Source of the DNA: Lama guanicoe
Taxonomy: Eukaryota
Direction: 5' to 3'
NCBI GenBank assembly: GCA_013239625.1
Contig: MU054323.1
Coordinates: 10,571,186-10,635,185 of the forward strand
Length of the DNA: 64,000 nucleotides
Below the pieces are notes generated by a model. It ran no database searches and was not told the origin of the DNA. It was given only the letters and a program-made list of their open reading frames with translations. A program made the translations under genes and the position numbers. Of the stretch, positions 39,117 to 51,590 are shown piece by piece; position 1 is the stretch's first letter; each line of letters starts with the position of its first letter.

Positions 39117-41959
39117 GTATGCTTTTTTCACTCCACTTTGCTGCTTCAAACATGACTGCCTTCTAGAAAGACAGGCCTCCATGCTGCAGAGATGACGGTG
39201 GAGGTCCAAGGAGTAGGAGAGACCTGCAGTGAAAAGAAAGCTGCTCTTATTCCTTCCCCAGCTATCTAACATCCCTGCATCCCGGAGCTCCTCCAAGCCA
39301 CCTGCAATCTACCCACTGCAGTTATTAGACCTGCTTCCAAGGAGCCTGGCTGCAGTTTAAAAGAGAGAGATACCACTGTCAGGTAATCAGGCTCATCATC
39401 CCCTAATGATGCTTAATGCCAGGCGCCATGGTGGCTCTGAGGCCCCGGCTGACGCAAGGAGGCTCGGCTGGGCAGGATGCTCTCCGGAAGGCAAACAGCA
39501 GCCTTTTCCAGACCACCACAGCTCTGCTTCATAAAAGATTTCTCTCCAGCCCAATTATAACAGAAAATTCTCCTCTGTTCTCTGGCCCCAGCCGCCCTCT
39601 ACACAGAACCCAGAGAGGCCAACACATCATTTCATGCATTCTAAAGCAGCGCAGTTTGTAAGGAAGTACACTTGCCTGCTCTCCACTCCCTCTCCCCACC
39701 AAACACCGCTCACTGTTGATGCTGCAAATTTCTGCATTAGATGGCAGGTAGCCCACTTCCGTTCCCTAATTTAGCAAATGAAGATGATTATTGTATTTAC
39801 GCTGTGTGAACTGCAGTGAGCCAGGGAATTGTGAAGCATTTGATCCAACCAACTTAAGTCTTGTTTCTTGCACATGTCTCTGGCTGGATTACTGCTAAGA
39901 CCCCAGCGGGAGAGAGGAAAGAGAAGGCATGAGTCACGTCTTATTTGTTACCACATGATGATGGCCTAGGACCTTTCGAAGTGGGGAAGAGGGTAGAATG
40001 ATGAACACTTCAAGTTCTATGAATCAAATTTGAATTGAACTGTAATCAGGATTTAAAGTAGATGGCTGCATAATAAGTGCTAAACAATTCATCTTTCTGT
40101 CAGGTGGCAGAAAGTAATTTATTCATTACCATTTAAGCAAGAAGAGATCGTGTGTGCTTAAAGACTGAAAAGTTTAGCGTGTTCCATTTTTGATGGCACT
40201 GCAAAGGGCCCGAGTTGAAAGAAAGTGCTGAAAAAGGGAAAAGGACTGAAGTAATCTTTTGAGCATCAAACCTTGATTTGGCTTGGGAAATATCATTAAT
40301 TCTCTTTCAGCATTCAGTAGAGAAATCAACAGGGCTTAGTTGAAGAATTCTTCAGATGAAGAATTAGTAAATTCAGTGAAGCTTCATCTTACTTTACGCA
40401 TCTCAGGCAGTCCCAAAACAGCTATGTGTAAAGTTAAAAAGTACGTATTAAGATATATTCTTTTCCCTTTGACTTCCATTATGATTTCAGAGATATGTTT
40501 CCTTGAGACCCCAAAATACAATAAAAGCACCATTTAGTTCTCTTATGATTCACTATAAGCATTCTACTTCTGTCAACATGCAATCTATGAGCATTAAATC
40601 GTCCCACAAAACTGTAAGAAAAATTTACACTTTTCTATATAGTCTTAGCACTCTCAGGATGAATCACATGTTTTCTCCATTAAAACATGATATATAGCTA
40701 ATTTTCACTTTACTGCAATTTTTTGTGACTCCGTGGGACTTGAGTGTATAAGCAGCCTTAGTTATCAGAATGCTTTAGGATTTCAGCCAAACTTATAAGC
40801 TGGAGGAACCATATGGCAGAATTTTCCTGGACAGAATTCAGTTGTACCACTTCACAAGTATTATACTGTATTCATTTGTTATTGCATAGCAAATACTTAC
40901 GATGTTGTTATAAAGAAGCTAGTGTACAGTTCTGTTTTAAAATTTAGCAAAATTCTATTTAAAAATGCTTGAGTCAGAAAAATATGTCTGGCTACCTTAA
41001 TAACTAAAACCAAACCCTTGACAGAGACCAGACTGCAAAACCTGTCTGCTAAAATAGTTCCTGTGTAATCCCAAGCAATTCAATGCAAGTAACTTTTAAA
41101 TTAATGAAGCTTTAAAGAAGAAGCTATCCAAATACTAAAAAAACTGTGGAAACAAAAAACCATAATAAAAAGAGCTACATAATACAGACTAAGTACTTTC
41201 AAGACTCTGTGATTCGTCCCCCCACAGAAGCTGGGGCACACCCCCAAACAGAGAATGATCCCACACCCAAGGATGAGTCATTCTTTCCAATGCGGAGAAA
41301 ATGCAAGGAACCAAAATAAAAACGGACCCTAAGCCTTCCATGAAAGTGTTTAGAAGGCAAAGTTACATGCTTTATATAAAGTTGTTATTTAACAAGGGCA
41401 CACAGTACACTGTCTAGTTATGTATGCATCATAGCAATGGAGTCAGATCTAGACCTGGGTGCCCTGGGAGACCTTCCCCCTCACAACTGCTTTTGGATGC
41501 TTAAGAAGCTCCACACTCAAAGCTAATCTACAGGACTACTGCCTATTAACAATGATTAAAATAGTTTGTCACAGATATTTTAAACCTTATTATATTTTAC
41601 AAAATAATTCTGTATCCAAGTGCTAGAAAGTTCAAGAGTCTCAGGAAAGAATGGAGCAAGTAGAAAGTTGGTTTCTAACCACAGGTGTCCTCCCAAACAG
41701 ACATCCATGAAAGAGAACAGATATACAATGGCTGACAACAGGCATTATTTGTTTGAACCTTTCTTGAAACAGAATATTGAATTTACCCACATAGCAGTCA
41801 GAGTTTTCTTTTAGGATTTTTAAAGCTAAGGTTTGTTGGAGAATATTAAATTGAATAATCTTAAATTGCTCTCATAATTCTTTGTTACATCAAGAACAGA
41901 TTTCAAGAAGCCACAATCCAAGGCATTGCTGTCCACTTAGTAACCACTATCTATCTTTC

Positions 41960-42185
41960 AACAACAACATCATCTAACATTACTGAGTCACCAGGCACCA
42001 TGCTAAGTCCTTTACATACATGATCCTGGTTAATCCTGACAGCAACCCTCTGAGGTAAGTACTATTATTTCTGTTTTATAGATGGAGTCTTAGAGCAGTA
42101 AGTCACACTGCGACAGGTGACATGGGTCAGGAACTAAATGCAGATCAGCCTGACTCCACACTCAAGGGTTTAACCATTAAGCTAA
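41960..42185 (-). mobile_element. MIR SINE
   Basis: 'ccaggcaccatgctaagtcctttacatac...taatcctgacagcaaccctctgaggtaagtactattatt...ttttatagatg'. Confidence 0.85.
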
Positions 42186-43769
42186 CTGAAAACAAGCTGA
42201 CCCTGAACAGGTCGCCTCACATTCTAAGACCTTATATAAAATGACGGGCATACCTAAAGGTAGTAGTGTACCCAACAGATGCAGTTCCCATTCTACGCCC
42301 ACCACTGCCTATAAAACTGCTTTAATAATAAACAGTAAAACATTATTTTTTTAGGTAGTTCATCATGCCCGTTGTCTTCCTCAGGCACCACAACTACAAT
42401 CCAGAGCCTAGACAGAGACTTACTTGAATGTTAATGGCTACATGTATCTTAAAGTGCTGGCAAAGGCACAGGAGAGGGTGAGGTGGAAGGCTGGTTGGAG
42501 AGCAGTAGTTGTAAATGCACGGGAAGGTACCCCCAGTGGATTGCAGATATTCCTCATCTTCTGGCTTCTTCCAAAGCCAGTGGGGAGAAAATGAAAGTCT
42601 CTCCTTCTCTCAAAGAAAGAGGAAAGCAAAACTAGTTAAAAGGTGACCTTAGGGGTTTTCTAGTATTAATGTAGCCATCACAGATAAGAAATTTTATTTC
42701 AATTTTTGGAAAGTGATATTAAGCCTAACTCTAATTTCAAGAACTGAGGAGTTATATGGCAGCTCAGGGACTCTGACATCCAAAATATCATAAATGAAAA
42801 GAAAGTGTTAAGATTTTATTGAAAGCAGAGAAGGAAAAGAGAGATGGAATCAAGGCTGGCAATTATTGGGTACCTAAGCATACTAGGTATTTACAATTTT
42901 AATATAATTAAAAAATATTGTTCTTAGGGGTATCACAAAATGTTATAGTGATCCTCCTAGATTAATGCCCTGCTATCCTAGCAAACATATATAGGAGGAA
43001 ATATATACTATAGTTAACATAGGTAATCTTTTGAAATTTAGTTACCTATGTCTTTGAGGAACTTTGGCATTCACCCTGCATGACTCATAGCCTAGTTACC
43101 TACTGGTATCTATTTTTTTCTGTGGGGTAAGTTTAGAAGCCCCAGCATAACACTGGCCACCATTAATCAAGGACCTGTTATTAATCTCTCTATAGATAGA
43201 TGTATTTAAGTGTGATTTGTGTAGCACATAGTACTTTAGGTTCTTTGTGAAAAATGAGGATATAGAAATGTACATTTTCAAGATATTCAAATAAGAAAGC
43301 CAATTTGACAAATCTATAGATAAAAGGACCAAAGTGAAACTGCACTAAATATACACAAACTACATAAAAGTGAGTATCAAGCTCTTATAGTTTTATATAG
43401 AGAGCTTTAAGATTTAGAAAGCATTGATGCATTCTCTGCATCATAAGTGTTGTTCATTAGTATTCATTTAAGAAAAATTTTCATTAATAGACATCATCTA
43501 ACAAGTGATGGTTTTGGCTCCTGGGTCATATCTCATGATGAGGGTGATTCAGACTAAGTCTAAAACTTTACCAAATCAAAGGAAACCTAGGCTTTATCAT
43601 CATTCCAGGTAGGAGCTCTAAGCTGTTCATAAATTCAAGAGAATCCAGATCAATCAGGGATGAGCTGCTACTTCTGGCTCTGCTAATATATGTGAATCCA
43701 TGAGAATGAAAATGGGCTTTAATTCTAGATCCCATCCAGGGACTGGTTGTGCATTTCTACAGCAGCTGG

Positions 43770-44350
43770 CAGGACAGTAGACAAAGGAATAGAATAAGAG
43801 TTAGAAATCCAAGCTCTGCCAGTTATTAGCTGTGTGACACCTTGGCAAGTTATTTAACCTCTCTGAGCTTCTTTTTCTTTAATGTCTAAAACTGGGAAAA
43901 TAATACCCACCCTGTGCAATTCAAGGGATTGTTTGTGCATCAAATAAAATGGATGTCAAGGTTTTCTGAAAGCTGTAAAACAAGCACTGAACTCTAGGGT
44001 TAATCTGCTTAAGAATAAAATTTAGATCCTGCAACATAGCCTCCAGTGCCTTACACCATCTAGTCCTGTGCCATGTACCCTGTCTCAATTTCCTCTCCAT
44101 TGATTTGTGTACTCTCTGCTCCAGCAACATGAATCAAATCATCATCTTCTCCCATGTGGCAACTTTGCAAAGCATTTCATTGTGTTTCACATGAATAGCT
44201 CATTTGATCATCTTAACCCTTTGAGACAGAATAGGGATTGTCTCTAACTAGTAGATAAGAGTGGAAATAAGTGAACTGCACAGGTCTCACACAACTAGTC
44301 AGTGCTGGAGTCAGGAGGTGAGTTTAGATCTGCCTTTCAGTTCTGCCTCC
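43770..44350. mobile_element. MIR(+) / L2 / MIR(-) fragment cluster
   Basis: 'agctgtgtgacaccttggcaagttatttaacctctctgagc'; 'tactctctgctccagc'; 'agtcagtgctggagtcagga'. Confidence 0.7.
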
Positions 44351-44506
44351 TATAGAGAGTTTCTGAATGTCTCTCCACCTCCATCCTGTCTGGTGCAGAG
44401 CTTTGTATGACATGAAGTCAATAAAAGCAAATAATGCTGAACTAAACCTGTGACAGCCAAGAGAGCCAGGTTCTTCTCTCAGGGTGTGGGGCTGGTGGGA
44501 ATGAGG

Positions 44507-45024
44507 TGCTATGGACTGAAATGAGTACTCTCCACCCCAAATTCTTATGTTGAAGCCCTAACCTCCACTGTGACAGTATTTGAAGATACAGCTCTAAGGC
44601 AGTAACTAAGGTTAAATTCAGGTAATTTAGGAGGTAAAGAAGGCTAAATTTTGACAGCAATTAAAGTTAAATTTAGGTGATTGAGAAGATAATTATTGTT
44701 AAATAATTAAGGTTCAATTAAACTTAAATAGAGTTAAGACAAATAAGGTTAAATAAATTTTAAATAAATAAGGTTAAAAGGGTAATGAAGGGTGGGGTCC
44801 TAATCCAGTAGGATTGGTGGCCATTTTAAAAAGAAGGATTTCTTTCACTCTCTCTTGTGTGAGAACACAGTGAAAAGGCGGCCATTGGTGAGTTGGGAAG
44901 AGGGCTCTCACCAGAAATCAACCATGCTGGCACGCTGATCTTGTACTTCTAGCCTGCAGAACTATGAGAAAATGAATTTCTGTTCTTTAGGGCCCTCGGT
45001 CTGTAGTATTTTGTTGCTAAGACA
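44507..45024 (+). mobile_element. MaLR MLT1A-like solo LTR with internal AT-rich tandem expansion (~44600-44780)
   Basis: 'tgctatggactgaa...tgttgaagccctaacc', 'catgctggcacgctgatcttg', ends 'ctaagaca'. Confidence 0.9.
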
Positions 45025-46584
45025 ACAGGGTGCATACTGCACTTCAGGCTGGGGGTGAACTGAGCCCATGATGTACTACCTCATTAGTTTAAAGGGCTTC
45101 ATTTCTCACTTCTTCCTCTGGTAGAATCTGTTAAATCATAGTCATAACAATGATCATGAAGAGGTATCTTTATCTTTAGAGCATGAATAGGTTCTAGTTT
45201 GGGTATGTGGTCCGGAGATGTGGGATAGCTTTACCATGTCAAATACTACTTGTGGGTCAAAGAGGTATTCTCAAAGGAAATTTAAAAATGCACTGAACTG
45301 GATTAAAATAAACAACATATAAAAATTTGTGGGACACAGATAAATCCAATATCCCTAAAAGGGAATTTCATAGCACCAAATTTTTACATTAGAAAAGAAT
45401 AAAATTCTAAAATCAATAACCTATGCTTCCAACTCAAGAAACCAGAAAAAGGAGGAAAAAATAAACCCAAATAAACCCAAAACAAGCAGAAGGGAGGGCA
45501 TAATAAATGTACGGCAGAAATCAATAAAATTGAAAACAGAATAAACAATAAAATAATTAATCAAACAAAGAGTTGGTTCTTTGAAAAGATCAATAAAATT
45601 GACAAACTTCCAGCAAGAAAAACAGAAAAAAAAGGAAGATGTAAACTACCAATATGACAACTAAATCAAGAGATCCTACAGATCCCACAGCCATAAAAAG
45701 GATAATAAGATAACACTACAAACAATTCTACACATATGGGTTCAAGAATGTAGACAAAATGGACCAATATTCAAAACCACGAACTATCACAACTTATGCA
45801 ATATGAAATAGATAATTAATTTGAACAGCCCTATAACTATGAAGGAAATTGAATTCACCATTTAAAAACTCCCCCAAAAGAAATCTCCAGGCCCAGATGG
45901 TTTCACTGGAGAATTCTACCAAACATTTAAAGAAGAATTAACACAAATTCTACATAATCTTTTCCAGAAAACAGAAAAAGAGGTACACTTCCCAATTCAT
46001 TTCAGACAGCCAGAACAACCCTGATACCGAAACTAGACAAAGATAGTGCAAAAGAAGAAAACTACAGGCCAATATCCCTCCTGCATAGATTTGCAAACAT
46101 CATTAACAAAATATTGGCAAATAAAACTCAGCAATATATAAAAATAACTATGCACTATGACCAAGTGGAAATTATTCCAAGGATGCAAAGCTGATTAAAT
46201 ACTCAAAAATCAATCAACATAACCCACCACATTAACAGGCTAAAGAAAAAAAAACCACATAATCATATCAAATGATGCAGAAAAACAATAGACAAATTCA
46301 ACAACCACTCATGATAAAAACTCTCAGAAAACTAATAACAGAGGGGAACTTCTTCAATTGATAAAAGAAGTCTACAAAAAACCTATAGCTAACATCATCC
46401 TTAATGGTAAAAGACTGAATGCTTTACAGGTTGATAACAGGCAAAATATCCACTCTAACAACTGCTACCCAATAAAGTAATGAAATTTACAGCAAGAACA
46501 ATAAGGCTGAAAAAAAAAGGCATATGTATCAGAAAAGAAGAAATAAAACTGTCCTTATTTTTATTTGTATTCTTTTATGTTAAT

Positions 46585-48445
46585 GGCATTTTTATTGAAG
46601 CATAGTTGATTTACAATACTATATTAGTTTCTGGTGTATAACATTGTGGTTCAATATTTTTGAGATTATACGCCATTATAAGTTATTACAAGATAATGGC
46701 TATAATTCTCTATGCTATGCAGTACATCTTGTTGCTCATCTACTTTATACATAGTAGTTTGTAACTGTTAGTCTCATACCCCTACTTTGTCCCTCCCCTC
46801 TAACATCTCCCTTTCGGTAACCATTAGTTTGTTTTCTGTATCTGTGAGTCTGTTTCTATTTTGCATATACATTCATTTGTATTATTTTTCAGATTCCACA
46901 TATGAGTGATGTCATATTTATCTTTCTCTCTGACTTATTTCACTAAGCATAATATTTTCCAGGTCCATCCATGTTGCTGCAAATGGTTGATTTCATTCTT
47001 TTCACAGCTGAGTAATATTCCACCATGTGTGTATTTGTGTGTGTGTGTATGTACTGCATCTTCTTAATCCAGTTGCCTATTGATAGGCATCTGGGTTGCT
47101 TCCATGTCTTGGCTATTGTAAATAGTCCTGCTATGAACATTGGGGTGCATGAGTCTTTTAGAATTAGTGTTTTCATTTTTCCAGATATATATCCAGGTGT
47201 GGAAGTGCTGGATCATATGGTGGTTCCAATTTTAGTTTTTGAGGAACCTCCATACTGTTTTCTACAGTGGCTGCACCAATTTACATTCCCACCACCAGTT
47301 ACGAGGGTTCCCTTTTCTCTACATCCTTTTATTTGTTATTTGTAGACATTTTGATGATAGCCATTCTGACAGGTGTGAGGTGATATCTCATTGTGGTTTT
47401 GATTTGCATTTCTCTGATAATTAGTGATTTTGAGAATCTTTTTATGTGCCTGTTATCCATCTGTATGTCTTCTTTGGAAAAAGGTCTATTCAAATCTTCC
47501 GTCCATTTTTTTTGATTTAGTTGTTTGTTTTTGTTTTCCTTTATATTGAGTTGTATGAACTGTTTATATATCTTGGATATTAACCCCTTGTCAGTCACAT
47601 CATTTATAAACATGTTCTCCCGCTCCATGGGCTGTCTTTTTGTATTGTTCATAGTTTCCTTTGTTGTGCAAAGGTGTTTAAGTTTAATTAAGTTCCATTT
47701 GTTTATTTTTTTTCTTTTGCCTTAGGAGACTGACCCCATTTCCTAAAATATTGGTATGATTAATGTCAGAGAGTATTCTGTCTATGTTCTCTTCCAGGTG
47801 CTTTATGGTTTCTAGTTTTACATTTAGGTCTTTAATTCATTTTCAGGTTTTTTTGGTATATGGTGTGAGGGAATGTTCCAATTTCACTGTTTTACATGTA
47901 GCTGTCCAATTTTCCCAGCACCACTTGTTGAAGAGACTGTCTTTTCTCTATTGTATAATCTGTCTCCTCTGCCATAGATTATTTGACCATAGGTGCATGA
48001 GTTTATTTCTGGGCTTGCTATCCTGTTCCATTGATCTATATGTTGTTTTTGTGCCAGTGCCACACTGTTTTGATTACTGTAGCTTTGTAGTACAGTCTGA
48101 GAGGGTTATACCTCCAGCTTTGTTCTTTTTCCTTAAAATAGCTTTGGCAATTTAGGGTCTTTTGTGGTTCCATATGAATTTTAGGATGATTTGCTCTATT
48201 TCTGTGAAAAGTGTCATGGGTATTTTGATAGGGATTATGTTAAACCTGCAGATTGCTTTGGGTAGTATGGCCCTTCAGACGATATTAGTTCTTCTAATCC
48301 AGAAGCATGGGATATCTTTCCATTTCTTTGCATAATCTTCTGTTCCCTTCATCAATGTTTTATAATTCTCAGAGATAGGTCTTTCACCTCCTTGATTAAA
48401 TTTATTCCTAGGTACTTTATTCTTTTTGATGTGATTTTAAATCTG
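46585..48445 (-). mobile_element. Cetartiodactyl-type L1, ~1.9 kb 3' portion, inserted antisense into the L1MC1-like host
   Basis: ORF-track peptides 46943-47176 ([19 protein letters not shown]) and 47329-47652 ([21 protein letters not shown]) are the L1 ORF2 C-terminus; 3' UTR resembles 425-676. Confidence 0.92.
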
Positions 48446-49150
48446 TTGTATTGAGTTTTTTTTTTAACTTTTGAAATGAAAAGATAAAGTGGGAAGAATC
48501 ATTATACTTGATTCCAAGACACTATATAGGCTATAGTAATCAAGACTGTAGTGTTGGTGGGAGGGACAAACACACAGATCAACGGAGCAGAGCAAGACCA
48601 CAGAAAGAGACTCAACACAAAGTATGCCCATAATCTTGACAAAGATGCTAAAGCAATTTAATGGAAAATGGATAACCTTTGCAAATGGTCTTGGAGCAAT
48701 TGGACACCTATTAACTCAAAATGGATTATGGACTTAAATGGAAGATGTAAAACTAACAGTTTCAGAAAAAATATAGGAGAAAAATTTGGAGGTGTAGAGC
48801 AAGGCAAAGATCCTTAGACTTAACACCAAAAATAATATTCATTAAAGAAAAATTGATAATTTGGATTTCATCAGAGTTAAAATTTCTTGCTCTGCAAAAG
48901 ATCCTATTAAGAGAATGAAAAGACAAACTATATATTAGAAGTAAATATTTGCAAACTATATATCTGATAAAAGACTGGTACCTAGAATATATAAAAACTA
49001 AAAACTCAACAGTGAAAAACAAACAGTCCAATTAAAAAATAGGCAGAAGACACGAACAGACATTTCACCAGAGAATATACAGATAGCAAATAAGCACATA
49101 AAACATGTTAAACATCACTATTAGGGAAATGCAAATTAAAGCCACAATGA

Positions 49151-49731
49151 TCCATTTGGAGTTTATTTTTGTGTATGACCTTGTAATCCCGCTCCTGGGC
49201 ATATATCCAGAAGGAATCCTACTTCAAAAAGACACTTGCACCTCAATGTTCACAGCAGCACTATTTACAATAGCCAAGACATGGAAACAGCCTAAATGTC
49301 GATAAACAGAACACTGGATAAAGAAGATGTGGTATATTTATACAATGGAATACTATTCAGCCATAAAAATGACAACATAATGCCATTTGCAGCAACATGG
49401 ATGTCCCTGGAGAATGTCATTCTAAGTGAAAAATGTCATTCGAAGTAAGCCAGAAAGAGAAAGAAAAATACCATATGAGATCGTTCATATGTGGAATCTA
49501 AAAAAAAAAAAGAATATAAATACAAAACAGAAACAGACTCATAGATATAGAATACAAACTTGTGGTTGCCAAGGGGGTGGGGGCTGGGAAGGGACAGACT
49601 AGGATTTCAAAATTTGTAGATACTGAGAAGCATATGCAGACTAGATAAACAAGATTATACTGTATAGCACAGGGAAATATATACAAGATCTTATGGTAGC
49701 TCATAGCGAAAAAAATGTGACAATGAAAAAA
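49151..49731 (+). mobile_element. Young camelid-type L1 fragment with short 5' inversion and shortened 3' end
   Basis: [14 protein letters not shown]...TWKQPKC; 3' UTR closely similar to 60495-61380; TSD-like aaagccacaatga/aaacccacaatca (11/13). Confidence 0.88.
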
Positions 49732-50769
49732 AAACCCACAATCAGATATCACTACATATCTATCAGAACATTTAAAATTTCAAAAAGTGACAATACCAAT
49801 TACTAGAAAGGATGGAAACTATAGCACTCCTACATTGCAAGTTAGGATATAAAACAGCACAGGCACTCCGGAAAGCAGTTTGGCAATTTCATGTAAAACC
49901 AAACATGTAATTATCATAGGACCTAGCAACTGAAATCATAGGAATTCATACCAGAGAAATGAAGACATGTTCACAGAAAAACCTATACTTGAATGTTTAG
50001 AGTAGTTTTATTCATAATAGTCCCAAAATAGGAACCCCAATGTTGTTCAACAGGTAACTGGTTAAACAAATCATGGTACATCTATACCATGGAAAACTAT
50101 TCAGCAAGGAATGAACTATTAATATATACAACAATTTGGGTGAATCTCCAGAGAATTTACAGTGAGTGAAAAAAGCCAACCCCAAAAGGTTATGTACTGT
50201 ATGATTCCATTTATACAGCATTCTTGAAATTGCAAAATTATAGAAGCAGATAACAGATTAGTGGTTACCAGGGCAAAAGAAGAGATGGGGATGGAAAGGA
50301 AGTGATGTAGCTGTACAAGGGCGAAATGAAGCATCCTCATGGTGTCGAAATTGTTCTGTATCTTAAGTCTATCAATCTCAGTATCCTGGTTGTGATATTA
50401 TACTTCAGTTTTGTAAGATGTTATCATTGGTGGAAACTGAGTAGAGAGTATAGAATTTTCTGTATTATTTCTTACAACTGCATGTGAATCTATAATTATC
50501 TCAAATTAAATGTTTAATTAAAAGTATATAGTTCCTATTAAAACTTAACTTGGGAATTAAATCCAGTACAGAATCTTGAAATAAACTTGAAGAAAAAAAA
50601 TCAATATGCATATCAATGAAGTCAGTGGAGAGAACTAATGTTCAAATCAGAGCTTTATGGAGGTCTGTGAAATTCATTCCTCTTTATTGACTCCATTTTC
50701 CCTAGAGGGGCACCTTAAACTTTATTTTTAGAGAACTCTCCTGACCATGGCTATATCTCAGCAATGACG

Positions 50770-50960
50770 GAAAATGGAGGCAGGAAACTGGAGTACATAC
50801 ATACAGCATGACCATGGGCAACCTCTGTAACCCTCAGCTTTCTCATCTGCAATGCAGAGACAATAATATCTACCATGCTAGGCTTTTGTGAAGCTTAAAT
50901 GAGATAATAGCTCTGAAGTATCCAGAACATGACAGTACCTCAATACATAGCAACCTCTGC
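50770..50960 (+). mobile_element. MIR
   Basis: 'tgaccatgggcaa...cctcagctttctcatctgcaatgcagagacaataata...aaatgagataa'. Confidence 0.75.
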
Positions 50961-51384
50961 CAACATCAATAGTCAGTGACTAGTATTCACCTTCATGAAG
51001 CATCTCCCACCCAGAATAATGCTGTGGATGTATCTATGTCTATGTCTGTGTCTATTTCTGTATCTATCAATTTCTAAGAGGCAAGAATGACGACAGCCAC
51101 AATAGCCTAGAGTGTCAGGGAACTCGTTTGTGGCAACAAAGATGAATACCAAAGATGATGGGATGGAGGAAGGGGATAGAAATGGGTTGGGGCTGGGGAT
51201 CTTCATTGAGGCCAAAGGGGCTCAGTGAGGTCTCTTCTTTTCTCTTCTGCCTGCCTCTGAGTCCTTTCCCAGCTCCACGTGTGACCTCTCTTTATCTCAC
51301 CTACTGAGCAGCTTGTTTTTCACCATAAGCTTATCCTGCTCTCACATGATCTTCCCAATGGACTGTAGAAGTTCAGCTTTGTTG

Positions 51385-51590
51385 GGCTCAGAGATCTGAA
51401 TATAATCCTGGCACCACCTCTCATTATCCAGGTAATGTTGGGCAAGTCTCTCTCTGAGCCTTCTATTATCTATATATAAAATGCAGATAATAAGCCTAGA
51501 TAGAGCACAGGGTGGATACAAGAATTAAATCAGTTCATGTGAGGTACATACATAGCAACCAGCATACAGTACACATGGAACATGTGCTCA
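51385..51590 (+). mobile_element. MIR
   Basis: 'ttgggcaagtctctctctgagcct...tataaaatgcagataata'. Confidence 0.7.

Larger units (their letters stand above)
45270..50523 (+). mobile_element. Decayed L1MC1-like element (ORF2 to 3' end) carrying two younger L1 insertions
   Basis: ORF2 motifs 'ccaggcccagatggtttcactggagaattctaccaaacatttaaagaagaa' ([17 protein letters not shown]) and 'aactacaggccaatatccctc' (NYRPISL); 3' end 'ttcttacaactgcatgtgaatctataattatctcaaattaaatgtttaattaaaa'; many stops and frameshifts. Confidence 0.88.

Noticed and set aside
3338..43087. About a dozen AP-1 TGA(C/G)TCA sites
   Set aside because: Scattered and close to chance expectation for a 7-mer in 64 kb
45270..50523. Possible functional reverse transcriptase locus
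   Set aside because: Multiple stops and frameshifts, catalytic region deleted, two nested insertions; a fossil
50698..50714. CTCF-like ccctagaggggcac
   Set aside because: An extra G breaks the core spacing
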